Virus record (IMG/VR): IMGVR_UViG_3300047279_000044
Span: 1-37,322 of that record
DNA length: 37,322 nucleotides
Source: a virus
Lineage: Duplodnaviria; Caudoviricetes
Direction: 5' to 3' (one strand)
Shown: piece after piece, positions 17,972 through 26,462 of the stretch
Position numbering within the stretch: the first letter of the stretch is position 1
How the letters are laid out: each line of letters starts with the position of its first letter
The notes under the pieces: generated by a model
What the model saw: only the letters and a program-made list of their open reading frames with translations
The model's database searches: none
Told to the model about the DNA's origin: nothing
Position numbers and translations under genes: made by a program

Positions 17972-18255
17972 ACTACTCTAGTCCTTTGGTACTGATGCAA
18001 CAAGGCTCCAAAAGCATCTGTGAACTCTTCATCGTGGTTTAGTTTACCCATTGTAAACATAATGGCATGTACTAACTCATGATAGAAGGTCTGTTCAGTA
18101 GCTTGAGCATTCATCCCACTGCGAATAGATATGGTCTGCTTCTCAGAATCACACTTACCCATATCATCTAAGTGGTTAACAAGCTCTACTGTCCAGACAG
18201 CTCCTGCGAGACTGAAGGTGGTTGCCACATCTGGTTTGGTTTCCTTCTTAGCCAT
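17968..18255 (-). CDS. Small HEXXH metallopeptidase-like protein
   Basis: G.C....TI.I......EQTFYHELVHAI....HDEEF zincin pattern. Confidence 0.7.
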   Translation of the reverse strand: MAKKETKPDVATTFSLAGAVWTVELVNHLDDMGKCDSEKQTISIRSGMNAQATEQTFYHELVHAIMFTMGKLNHDEEFTDAFGALLHQYQRTRVV

Positions 18256-18905
18256 AGGAGCTTACCGTTCTCCAGTACCCTGTCAGTATTGTTGTCATAA
18301 GCTTTGATACAAGCTTCATATAGTTCCCTTTCAGTTGTACAATCTTTTAAGATCTTATCAGCCTTTACAGGGCCAATACCTCTGATACCTTCTATGTTAT
18401 CAACTCTGTCACCTGTCAGTATCTGTTTGTAGAAACTGTACAAGCCTTCAAACTCAGTAACATAGTATTCTTCATCCTTTACAGGATTGTAATGCCAGCC
18501 GGGTAACTGATCTAGGTCTTTATCTACATGCACTATCCAGTAGTTACCTTCAGTGGATGCAATACCTACAGCATCGTCAGCCTCCTCACCGTCTGACATC
18601 TTAGCACCTAGCTTCATTAGATGTTTACGAAGGGCATCGTAGTGCTTAGGCTTAGCAGCATCCTTACGATTCCCTTTGTAAGGAACTGTGGTAGCTACCT
18701 CGAATCTAAAGTTAGTTTTACCTGTAATCCAAGCTCTGTAGTCATCACACTTCAAGCGCATATAGATTATGTCAGTAAACCACTCTGTGAGTCGATTTAG
18801 TGCCCACCGTTCCTCTTCGTCCTCATTGGAGAAGCCAACCTTGTATACTAAAAAGTCAGCATCAACGATGGCTTCTACAGGTCTATCCTGTTTAGAGGAT
18901 GTCAT
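18186..18905 (-). CDS. 5'-3' exonuclease (T7 gp6 / FEN family)
   Basis: IVDADFLVY, YKGNR, EEADDAVG, DKDL, GDRVDNIEGIRGIGPVKA motifs. Confidence 0.93.
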   Translation of the reverse strand: MTSSKQDRPVEAIVDADFLVYKVGFSNEDEEERWALNRLTEWFTDIIYMRLKCDDYRAWITGKTNFRFEVATTVPYKGNRKDAAKPKHYDALRKHLMKLGAKMSDGEEADDAVGIASTEGNYWIVHVDKDLDQLPGWHYNPVKDEEYYVTEFEGLYSFYKQILTGDRVDNIEGIRGIGPVKADKILKDCTTERELYEACIKAYDNNTDRVLENGKLLWLRRKPNQMWQPPSVSQELSGQ

Positions 18906-19323
18906 CCGCAGTCTCTTCCTCAGGTGAACCCTCAGGAGAGTAAACTTTCAACTCAGTGATCACCAACTTCTTAATTGATGGTGCAGCACCGAACTTAGCT
19001 GACATCTTGTGACGGTAAGAAGAGATAATAGCGTGACACTTAGTACCGTTACCCATCAACTTAATATCGACAGGATTACCATCTTCATCTACAGGTGTAA
19101 ACAAATAGGTGGACTTAGCAACAATGAAGTTACCCATGCTCTCTTTGTTCTTGATGTTAATGCCCAGCTCTTTAAGCTTCTCGCAAGCTGCATCACTCAA
19201 GTTACCAATAGTACATTCGTACTTCTTGTTGTCCTCATTGAACTTAGTGTTAAAGGTGTTCATCCAGTTACTCCAGAAGATCTCACCAGCGACTTTAACG
19301 GGTTTAATGTTATCAATACTCAT
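18892..19323 (-). CDS. Single-stranded DNA-binding protein (T7 gp2.5-like)
   Basis: OB-fold-like beta pattern, MGNGTK, acidic C-terminal tail EETADDIL; lies between the polymerase and the exonuclease. Confidence 0.7.
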   Translation of the reverse strand: MSIDNIKPVKVAGEIFWSNWMNTFNTKFNEDNKKYECTIGNLSDAACEKLKELGINIKNKESMGNFIVAKSTYLFTPVDEDGNPVDIKLMGNGTKCHAIISSYRHKMSAKFGAAPSIKKLVITELKVYSPEGSPEEETADDIL

Positions 19324-19347
19324 TTCATTTTCCTTTAATGTTTAAGT

Positions 19348-19506
19348 TTACTCAGCTGTTACAGGGGCTACTTCTTGTTTTGTCTCTTGTGATTGGTACT
19401 GCTCCACAAGCTTCTGATGCAATGGGAATGCACCTGACTCTGTAGGAAGCTGTCCAATTACACGAACAATGAAAGCAGCTTCATTAGGTTCAACGTTAAA
19501 TACCAT
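19348..19506 (-). CDS. Hypothetical 52-aa protein (not in ORF track)
   Basis: MVFNVEPNEAAFIVRVIGQLPTESGAFPLHQKLVEQYQSQ..; RBS agagga. Confidence 0.7.
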   Translation of the reverse strand: MVFNVEPNEAAFIVRVIGQLPTESGAFPLHQKLVEQYQSQETKQEVAPVTAE

Positions 19507-19517
19507 GATAGTCCTCT

Positions 19518-19712
19518 TTAATGTAGCTCGTTTGATTGTGGGTGAGCCGTATTACCCATAGCTAGATCTTCTAAGTATACCAATGTTGAAGCCAACACTG
19601 TATATACCTCTTCAAGATCTAGATCCTCTCCTATCTTAACCTTGAAAGTGTCTCCTTCAACGTTAAATAGTATCTGATTCTTCTCAATGTGTTTGTCGCC
19701 AGTTTGCACCAA
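19518..19712 (-). CDS. Hypothetical protein
   Basis: Fills the gap after the polymerase; start uncertain. Confidence 0.55.
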   Translation of the reverse strand: MVQTGDKHIEKNQILFNVEGDTFKVKIGEDLDLEEVYTVLASTLVYLEDLAMGNTAHPQSNELH

Positions 19713-21402
19713 TTTTATACTCCCCGTCTAGTGGACAACGAAGCTTAAAGTACTCTCCAGCTTCAACAATACTTTTCTTTGCAGCCTCACCTACTATTGT
19801 AGCATATTCCTTAGGAACTTCAAGCTGAAATTCATCATGAACATTAGCTACCAGCTTTACAGGCCACTTATTTGCCTTAGTCTTATCGTGAAATAATACT
19901 AAAGCTTTCTTCATAACTATCGACCCAGCCCCTTGAAGGAGCGAATTGAGGGCAGCGTGTTCTGACCTGACCCATATCTTACGACCATCAAGCCCCGGTA
20001 CAAAGCCCTTACCCGCATACTTGCTAACCGTACTTCGAAGACGCTGTAGGGCAGGTGTGTTCTTAAGAAAGGCATCGATGAGCTTCTGTCCCGCCTTAGC
20101 ATTACCACCGACAATGGAACCAATCTTAGCTGGCCCTGCACCGTATAGGAATGCGTAAATAAAGGTCTTAGCTTGATCCCTCGTTTCAAGGCCTGCAGCT
20201 TTCTGGTTCTGTGTGTGAACATCCGTCCCATCTTTAGAGGATCCTTCCGTGACTGTCTTAACATAAGTTTCATCCTTCATGTAATGTGCAAGCATACGAA
20301 GCTCAAGGCCACTAGCGTCACAACCAACCAATACGTTATCTGTTTCCACAGTCCAACATTCTCTACATTCTTTTCCATAAATACTACCTGAATTAGGAAT
20401 CTGTGCCATATTAGGACTACTGTGTGTCATCCTACCAGTTACAGCTCCATTAGTGATAACCTTACCATGCACTCTACCGTCCTTACCTACAGCTTCTAAC
20501 CAGCTTTCAATCTGAGCTACACGTTTCTGTAGCATCAGGTATTCAGCAATCATCTGAGCCTCAGGAATCTTAGTGACATTAGCCAATACTGTCTCATCGA
20601 CAATAGGTTGACCCTTCTCAGTAAATTCCTTTGGCTTCCATCCTAACTGCATCAACTTCTCTCCGATCTGTTTTCTACTTCCGGGATTGAAAGTATCAAC
20701 GGAATCTTGGATGGGTCTTCCATGGGTCTTGTGGAACCTTGGAGTGATGACTGGAGGCCACCTCTCTTGCATCTGTTCATATATTCCTGCCATCTTTCCT
20801 TTGATGTCAGCAAGTAAGCAGGTTGCGAAGGGTAAGTCAAGTTTGAAGCCATTACGTTCCTGTTCAGCTATGATAGAAGCTACCTTATGTTCAAGATCAA
20901 TGCTTTCTTGTGAAAAGCCCTTCTTAGTGAATTCATCATTAAGATGCTTATAAAGATTACAAGTGACCTCAACGTCCCTAATGCAATAATACTCCAGAAG
21001 AGCCATGTGAGGAACATTGAAGCACTCACCCTTGTACTCCTCTCGTCTTTCCATTAGCCATGTCCATACCCTTGCATAGTCAATCTTCTTCCTTCCGAGT
21101 CTCGTTCCCCAAGCGTCTAAGCTGTGCCCGTTCTCTATTGAGGGATCTAGCAGTCTTGACGCTATCAGTGTATCGTACACTTGGCTCAAGCGAATCTTCG
21201 TAGTCCATAGCCTGTTCAATATCGGAAAATCGAAGCCTATCCCGTTGTGGGCTACTATCAACGTAACGTCCCTTAAATACTCCACGAGGTTGTCTGCTGC
21301 TTTCCATACCTTAACTTCTCCAGTGTCAATGTCCTTAGTGACTACCATCCAGATCGTGTTGTGATCTAATGTTGTCTCGATGTCTAGCACAATACGTCTC
21401 AT
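19684..21402 (-). CDS. Family A DNA polymerase with 3'-5' exonuclease (T7 gp5-like)
   Basis: LDIET, HNGIGFD, YCIRDV (Exo I-III); DASGLELR (motif A), RDQAKTFIYAFLYG (motif B), NVHDE (motif C). Confidence 0.97.
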   Translation of the reverse strand: MRRIVLDIETTLDHNTIWMVVTKDIDTGEVKVWKAADNLVEYLRDVTLIVAHNGIGFDFPILNRLWTTKIRLSQVYDTLIASRLLDPSIENGHSLDAWGTRLGRKKIDYARVWTWLMERREEYKGECFNVPHMALLEYYCIRDVEVTCNLYKHLNDEFTKKGFSQESIDLEHKVASIIAEQERNGFKLDLPFATCLLADIKGKMAGIYEQMQERWPPVITPRFHKTHGRPIQDSVDTFNPGSRKQIGEKLMQLGWKPKEFTEKGQPIVDETVLANVTKIPEAQMIAEYLMLQKRVAQIESWLEAVGKDGRVHGKVITNGAVTGRMTHSSPNMAQIPNSGSIYGKECRECWTVETDNVLVGCDASGLELRMLAHYMKDETYVKTVTEGSSKDGTDVHTQNQKAAGLETRDQAKTFIYAFLYGAGPAKIGSIVGGNAKAGQKLIDAFLKNTPALQRLRSTVSKYAGKGFVPGLDGRKIWVRSEHAALNSLLQGAGSIVMKKALVLFHDKTKANKWPVKLVANVHDEFQLEVPKEYATIVGEAAKKSIVEAGEYFKLRCPLDGEYKIGANWRQTH

Positions 21403-21517
21403 ATTCAGCTTTCAAGTCTTCGTAGTGATGGATGAGTAATTGATACTTATCTTGAAGTTCATAGTACTTCGTTTCTAAGTCAAGCATTCTACCAGCTATC
21501 TTATCTAAGTCAATCAT
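21335..21517 (-). CDS. Hypothetical coiled-coil protein
   Basis: MLDLETKYYELQDKYQLL heptads; ATGA coupling to the upstream gene; 3' end overlaps the polymerase start. Confidence 0.65.
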   Translation of the reverse strand: MIDLDKIAGRMLDLETKYYELQDKYQLLIHHYEDLKAEYETYCARHRDNIRSQHDLDGSH

Positions 21518-21714
21518 TTCTTCATTCCTCGGATGGCGTCAGCCGCTTGTACTGAATAAAATGTTCCTTCACAAGCCTTTGCAGCTTCCTCAAGCACTTG
21601 GTTCCGCTGAGATACAGATACATACACCTCATCAAAGAAGTAAGGCTGTCCTGACTTCATAGCGTTCTCACGCTCAATACGATCGAACTCATCGTCTTCG
21701 TCTGTGTGAATCAT
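21514..21714 (-). CDS. Hypothetical protein
   Basis: DEDDEFDRIERE..RNQVLEEAAK; ATGA overlaps at both ends. Confidence 0.7.
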   Translation of the reverse strand: MIHTDEDDEFDRIERENAMKSGQPYFFDEVYVSVSQRNQVLEEAAKACEGTFYSVQAADAIRGMKK

Positions 21715-22001
21715 TTCTGTTTCCCTCTATAGTTCAACTCAGTACATTGATACACAGGAGCTTCCTTCCAATTAGGACGATAGGTATACTTAATAGCTAC
21801 TCCAGCAGATCCTGATACAGTCTCTAAAGTTTGATTCTTCTTAGCCCTATAAGCTCTCTTGTGTGCAGCTTTGATGTCTCTGTTCCTCTGAGCCCATTCA
21901 CGCTCCTTAATGCGTCTACGATTAGCTCTCTCTTCAATGACTTCTGGAGCAACTCCAATGTCCATCATCCTTTGCATCCACTTAGGTATCGTACCTGTCA
22001 T
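21711..22001 (-). CDS. Hypothetical basic protein
   Basis: Arg-rich helix REWAQRNRDIKAAHKRAYRAKK; RBS ggagg; ATGA overlaps. Confidence 0.65.
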   Translation of the reverse strand: MTGTIPKWMQRMMDIGVAPEVIEERANRRRIKEREWAQRNRDIKAAHKRAYRAKKNQTLETVSGSAGVAIKYTYRPNWKEAPVYQCTELNYRGKQK

Positions 22002-22144
22002 TTTGCAGCCTCCAGATATAGACCCACGTTACCTAGTGCATAACCTACAAAGGCTATACCTAAGCCAGTGTTACCTTTAACGAGTAGGTCAATAGCCACA
22101 ACAGTGTAGACTATTCCTACAATTGCAATTAAGATACTACTCAT
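21998..22144 (-). CDS. Small two-TM membrane protein, 48 aa (not in ORF track)
   Basis: MSSILIAIVGIVYTVVAIDLLVKGNTGLGIAFVGYALGNVGLYLEAAK; RBS aggag; overlaps both neighbours. Confidence 0.75.
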   Translation of the reverse strand: MSSILIAIVGIVYTVVAIDLLVKGNTGLGIAFVGYALGNVGLYLEAAK

Positions 22145-22298
22145 CTTTAGTCTCCTGTTCACGTTTATCTAACTCTTTATCAAATTCAAAGTCACGCTCT
22201 TTATCGCCCTTATCACGACCGAAGATCATATCCCATCGAGCCTCGTACTGTTCCTGAGCTACACTGAAGGGTCTAGGTGTACTTCCTTTGCCTGTCAT
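22137..22298 (-). CDS. Small hypothetical protein (GKGSTPRP..WDMIFG)
   Basis: Start refined to ATG 22298, overlapping the primase stop (ATGA), with a ggagga RBS. Confidence 0.7.
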   Translation of the reverse strand: MTGKGSTPRPFSVAQEQYEARWDMIFGRDKGDKERDFEFDKELDKREQETKDE

Positions 22299-23920
22299 AA
22301 CGTATCCTCCTGCATCTCCATCATACGTCCAGTTTCCATGTTGTACTTCAAAGTACATGCTGGGCCTGTATAACCATTGTAGCGATTCTTAGCCACTGCT
22401 ACCTTAGTCTGGTGTCTCTCATCATCATTCTCAGCCATGCTGTTACGCTCCAATGTAATCACAGCGTCTGACAGCTGAGCAATAGATCCTGATCCTCTGA
22501 GCTGAGACAGAGATACTGACTGTCCATCCTCATGACCTGCGTTACCTTGAGGCCTACGAAGATGGCTTACACAGATCAAAGTGATCTCCAACTCTTGAAC
22601 CAGTGTACGAAGCTTCGTCATCATGTTATCAATGGCCTTGCGTTCATCACCATTGTCCTGACCTGAGATAACAATACTAATGTGATCTAGAAAAATAACT
22701 TTGCAGTCACATGCTTTCGCCATATACCTAATACGGTTTGCAATATTATCCACGTCACTGCTGCCAAAATGGTCAAAAAGATAAACCCTATTAGTCCCAA
22801 GAGTAGCATCGAAAGCATCTTTAAGTTCCTGTTCATTTGTTGGTGTATCGGGTAAGTGCAACAGCTTATTAGCGTGCAAAGACATAATACTTCTAGCTGT
22901 CTTACGAGTTGACTCTTCGAGGAATAATCCTCCAATGTTCCACTTCGTAGTGTTCAGAATGTTAAACAATATTTCACGTAAGAATTGACTCTTACCTAGA
23001 CCTGAGCCTGCTGTCACAGTCACTAACTCCGAAGGTCTCATACCATAAAGAAGCTTATTCAAGCCCTTCCAAGGGTACATAGCCTCAGCCTTAGCCTCAG
23101 GTTTAATAACTTCCTCCCACAGTGATGCAGCATTGATGATCCCATCTGGAATGTAAACCTCAGCTCTCCACCACTCATTGACAAAGTCTTTAGTTCCTCC
23201 TGACATGAGATAATCACAAGCATCCTTACAGCCACTTAAATGCTTCATGATCTTAGCCTTCTGTCCGAACAGTTCAGCTACCTCTTTAGCGGCCTTCCTA
23301 CCCGGTTCATCAGCATCGAAGCAGATAACAATGCTATCGAATGTGTTTAACCACTCGTATTGAGCCTTGCAGTCCTTTAAAGCGGCCTGTGCACCATTTC
23401 TGACTGACACTACAGGGTAGAGGCTACCATTCATCTGAAAAGCTGCTAGAGCGTCAAGTTCTCCTTCAGTGATGGTGACTGCTTTGCCACCAGCGTGAAA
23501 GAGCTGCTGTCCGAAAAGCCTAGCATTCGTGAATGTTCCAAGAATGCTGAAAGTTTTGTCTGCCACTCGTCTAAGTTTTGCTGCGACAAGTGTTCCGGCA
23601 TCATCAGTGTAAGGATAAAAGTGCTGTCCATTTTCTTGAGTTACTCCATATTTCTCACAGGTTTGTTGGGTAATACCTCTATCAGGTATCGCTTTAATCT
23701 GGCCTTTGATGTCTAGCATCTGAGTTTTCCTCGGTTTAACTGCATCTTGCTTAACTGTGAAGTCATCATATTCATTATCATGGTGAGTTTCATGGCAGTT
23801 AAAACAATAGGTATGATTATCATCGTATAAAGCACCAGCATCTGAGCTACCACAGTACTCACAAGGTATGTGCTTTACAAACTTTGAATAAACTTTCTCT
23901 TTGCGGACGATGCTAAGCAT
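22295..23920 (-). CDS. DNA primase/helicase (T7 gp4-like)
   Basis: CEYCGSSD..YCFNC Zn finger, TEGELDAL and FDADEPG (TOPRIM), AGSGLGKS (Walker A), IFLDHIS, LRGSGSIAQLSD, KNRY.G.TG. Confidence 0.97.
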   Translation of the reverse strand: MLSIVRKEKVYSKFVKHIPCEYCGSSDAGALYDDNHTYCFNCHETHHDNEYDDFTVKQDAVKPRKTQMLDIKGQIKAIPDRGITQQTCEKYGVTQENGQHFYPYTDDAGTLVAAKLRRVADKTFSILGTFTNARLFGQQLFHAGGKAVTITEGELDALAAFQMNGSLYPVVSVRNGAQAALKDCKAQYEWLNTFDSIVICFDADEPGRKAAKEVAELFGQKAKIMKHLSGCKDACDYLMSGGTKDFVNEWWRAEVYIPDGIINAASLWEEVIKPEAKAEAMYPWKGLNKLLYGMRPSELVTVTAGSGLGKSQFLREILFNILNTTKWNIGGLFLEESTRKTARSIMSLHANKLLHLPDTPTNEQELKDAFDATLGTNRVYLFDHFGSSDVDNIANRIRYMAKACDCKVIFLDHISIVISGQDNGDERKAIDNMMTKLRTLVQELEITLICVSHLRRPQGNAGHEDGQSVSLSQLRGSGSIAQLSDAVITLERNSMAENDDERHQTKVAVAKNRYNGYTGPACTLKYNMETGRMMEMQEDTL

Positions 23921-24116
23921 GTTTTAATGCCTCCCGTAGCCCTTCAATGGTCTTTAGAGCTGTTTTATCGAGGTATCCATAGTAGATGTCACCCCTGAGC
24001 TGAAAAGCTGTGAAATCCTCCATCATCGATAAGGTCTCAGCCAATGCCTTCAGACTTGAATCACCCGATAAAGGTACAGACGGGAAAGGCCACGGTTTGT
24101 TTGGGTCAATGTCCAT
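23913..24116 (-). CDS. Hypothetical protein
   Basis: Same-strand operon packing; overlaps the primase start. Confidence 0.65.
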   Translation of the reverse strand: MDIDPNKPWPFPSVPLSGDSSLKALAETLSMMEDFTAFQLRGDIYYGYLDKTALKTIEGLREALKHA

Positions 24117-24178
24117 TACTTACTCACAATCAGTTTAATTAAAGTTACTATGAAGACAAATATAGCCATCATCATCAT
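24116..24178 (-). CDS. Putative 20-aa hydrophobic micro-peptide
   Basis: MMMMAIFVFIVTLIKLIVSK; ATGA overlap upstream and TAATG overlap downstream. Confidence 0.5.
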   Translation of the reverse strand: MMMMAIFVFIVTLIKLIVSK

Positions 24179-24375
24179 GGTGAGACATCATCAGCCGGTA
24201 AGACATAACCTTCACCTAAGCGTTTAAGCACAGTTTCAGCTACATCAGCCATTACCTTATCACGACCATTGTTCATGATTAAGTCAGCCATACTGTCAAT
24301 GACAGACCAATACCAACATTCATACTTAACGACATCAAGTTCATCATCTTCATCATACATCACTTCAATAGACAT
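24175..24375 (-). CDS. Hypothetical acidic protein
   Basis: RBS gaaagga; first gene after the promoter at 24544. Confidence 0.7.
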   Translation of the reverse strand: MSIEVMYDEDDELDVVKYECWYWSVIDSMADLIMNNGRDKVMADVAETVLKRLGEGYVLPADDVSP

Positions 24376-24515
24376 AAATTATCCTTTCAATGGGTTTATT
24401 GTCTAACTTTCATCCACTTTAAAGTTACTTTATAAGTATATTACTTAAATAATACTTATATAGTGTATTTAACTTTAATGAATCATCCTAGGTACTCTGT
24501 AGTTACTTTAAAGTA

Positions 24516-24544
24516 AGGGTAGCATACTTTAAAGATATTGTCAA
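24516..24544 (-). promoter_or_regulatory. Sigma70 promoter for the replication operon
   Basis: TTGACA-17 bp-TACCCT with a TGn extension on the - strand, in an intergenic gap. Confidence 0.7.
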
Positions 24545-24547
24545 GTG

Positions 24548-24775
24548 TTATTTAAAGTCCACTTCCTCCATAGGGTTAATATCATCATTGTCCTCAGCAC
24601 TGTCGTCAATGTCATCCTCTGAGATTAGGTCTCTCCTATCCTTTGTAGGTAGGTTAGCGTCAGCTTGTACACTTTTAAAGCATTGTTGGCATAGGTCTAT
24701 AAACACACCAGTCACAGCGTGCTTACGGGTAGCTTCGAAGTCAGTCAATAATCTATCGCAGCATAGGCATTTCAT
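24548..24775 (-). CDS. Small zinc-finger protein (CLCC..CQQC) with acidic tail
   Basis: Two CxxC pairs; RBS gggagga. Confidence 0.7.
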   Translation of the reverse strand: MKCLCCDRLLTDFEATRKHAVTGVFIDLCQQCFKSVQADANLPTKDRRDLISEDDIDDSAEDNDDINPMEEVDFK

Positions 24776-24921
24776 ACGTCCTCCCTTACTTCAATCAAGT
24801 CCATCTCTTCAGGGTCATAGCCTAGTTCATCATAGACAAGCCCTTCAGCTTCATCCTCATTACTGGCATACACCCATACTGTCTTTGTAGGGCTTACCTG
24901 ATAACAATATTCATGTTTCAT
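24772..24921 (-). CDS. Hypothetical 49-aa protein (not in ORF track)
   Basis: MKHEYCYQVSPTKTVWVYASNEDEAEGLVYDELGYDPEEMDLIEVREDV; ATGA overlap with the next gene. Confidence 0.7.
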   Translation of the reverse strand: MKHEYCYQVSPTKTVWVYASNEDEAEGLVYDELGYDPEEMDLIEVREDV

Positions 24922-24926
24922 GTGTA

Positions 24927-25133
24927 TTACTTCCTTTTGTATGGTTTAACTGTTGCCCATGCTTGCATGTGCACTGGGTTTCCATCCACATCATAGCAGA
25001 GACTGTACATCCCGTCTACATGTTTGAACCATAACATCCCAGCCAATGTCTTAACAGGTGTCTCATTAGGGACATCGTGTAAAGGCTTTGAAGGCTGTTC
25101 AATCCAATCTTTTAAGTCAATTTCTGATAACAT
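24927..25133 (-). CDS. Hypothetical early protein
   Basis: WFKHVDGMYSLC pattern; RBS-like aaggggtagg. Confidence 0.7.
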   Translation of the reverse strand: MLSEIDLKDWIEQPSKPLHDVPNETPVKTLAGMLWFKHVDGMYSLCYDVDGNPVHMQAWATVKPYKRK

Positions 25134-25146
25134 GGCTACCTACCCC

Positions 25147-25431
25147 TTAACGTATGTGAAATGAAGGCTTAGAGAGGCCGTATATGGCCTTCAAAGGGCT
25201 TTCTAGATCATAGTCAATGGTCTCTTGTTCAACTAACTCCTCTTTGTAGGACTTTAAAGCATCCCATTCAAGCTCAGTCCATTGATTGTCAGACAGTACA
25301 TCAAAGACACTATTACCTTCATAGACCACATCGGTGAAGTCAACATAATCGTCATCAATGTCAATTTCACATGTGACAGTGACCAAAGCCCTACTATCAG
25401 CCAATAGCGTATCAAATTTATAATTAACCAT
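25147..25431 (-). CDS. Hypothetical acidic early protein
   Basis: RBS aaggaa; Asp/Glu-rich. Confidence 0.65.
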   Translation of the reverse strand: MVNYKFDTLLADSRALVTVTCEIDIDDDYVDFTDVVYEGNSVFDVLSDNQWTELEWDALKSYKEELVEQETIDYDLESPLKAIYGLSKPSFHIR

Positions 25432-25434
25432 GGT

Positions 25435-25584
25435 TTACTTTTCCTTCCTAGTTATGACAAGTTTATAAAGGTTAGCGGGTTGACCCTCAAGATTATTATT
25501 ATCTTCTAACCATTCCTGAGCGAATGATAACTTATTGAAGGTTGCAACTACAATCCCTGAGGATATACTTACGATTTTATACAT
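25435..25584 (-). CDS. Hypothetical 49-aa protein (not in ORF track)
   Basis: MYKIVSISSGIVVATFNKLSFAQEWLEDNNNLEGQPANLYKLVITRKEK; TAATG overlap with the upstream gene. Confidence 0.7.
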   Translation of the reverse strand: MYKIVSISSGIVVATFNKLSFAQEWLEDNNNLEGQPANLYKLVITRKEK

Positions 25585-26003
25585 TATTGAACCCTTTCAA
25601 CGGTTGCAAGCTTGTTTGTCTGTTGTTTGTAGAATTTAACTTCAAAGTCTGCCTGATCCTCAGAAAAGACAGTATTTATTAGCTTACCTGAATCTTTATC
25701 GTATATTTTCCACATCTCTCCACCATCTAAGCGAATCCACTCAGGTAAGTATTCCTGCTTTTTAACGTCAAATATAGACACACTTTCCCAATGTGTCAAT
25801 TCATCGTCACAGTCAATGACTAGTTCATAATCCCTTGATCCAATTCTTAGGTAGTTATGATTGCGCTCGAAGCTTCCGTGGCCAATGTCTCCACTGGCAT
25901 ATTCCCCGTGCTTAGGAAATAATACATACCAATGATTGCGTTCAAGATCGACAATCAATTCTAGATTGTGTTTATATACTTCAACGTTAAAGTGTTTAAT
26001 CAT
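25584..26003 (-). CDS. Hypothetical early protein (possible internal start at 25715)
   Basis: ORF track; RBS agagg. Confidence 0.7.
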   Translation of the reverse strand: MIKHFNVEVYKHNLELIVDLERNHWYVLFPKHGEYASGDIGHGSFERNHNYLRIGSRDYELVIDCDDELTHWESVSIFDVKKQEYLPEWIRLDGGEMWKIYDKDSGKLINTVFSEDQADFEVKFYKQQTNKLATVERVQ

Positions 26004-26436
26004 TTAATAACCTCTTTGCTCTAATTGCTTCATCGCCTATTGTTTGTGGATCACCTTCAAAGACGGCCTCAATGAGTGCCTTCAAAGCCTGTTTTAATTG
26101 TGCACTAGTGACAGCCTTAGGCTTAGCCTTTGCAGGTGCTTCAACATAATCAAGGTCTAATTCCTCCAAGACCTCAGGGCTTGAACTGTCATACATTGCA
26201 GGGACATACCAAAGATTGACACATGAGTGACCGCATTCAATCATTCGCTTATTCTCATTGTTCCTGATGTATGCCCTCAAATAAGCCTCAGTGGTCATTG
26301 TAGGGTTCCATTGAGGGTATCCCCTGCGCTCTGTCACTGCGCGAGTCTTTGGAGGCTTGTCAATGGCTTGCCGGTATTGCATAGCCCTCTCAGGCTTGCA
26401 TTTGATTTTGATGCCATGGTGTACAAATTCAATCAT
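25996..26436 (-). CDS. Hypothetical early protein
   Basis: ORF track; operon packing. Confidence 0.7.
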   Translation of the reverse strand: MIEFVHHGIKIKCKPERAMQYRQAIDKPPKTRAVTERRGYPQWNPTMTTEAYLRAYIRNNENKRMIECGHSCVNLWYVPAMYDSSSPEVLEELDLDYVEAPAKAKPKAVTSAQLKQALKALIEAVFEGDPQTIGDEAIRAKRLLND

Positions 26437-26462
26437 GTTACTGTTTCCCTATATAGTACAGA

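Noticed and set aside
26441-26456. LexA/SOS box-like CTGT-N8-ATAG
   Set aside because: Mismatch in the conserved half-site, poor spacer, and it overlaps an RBS in a phage with no lysogeny genes.
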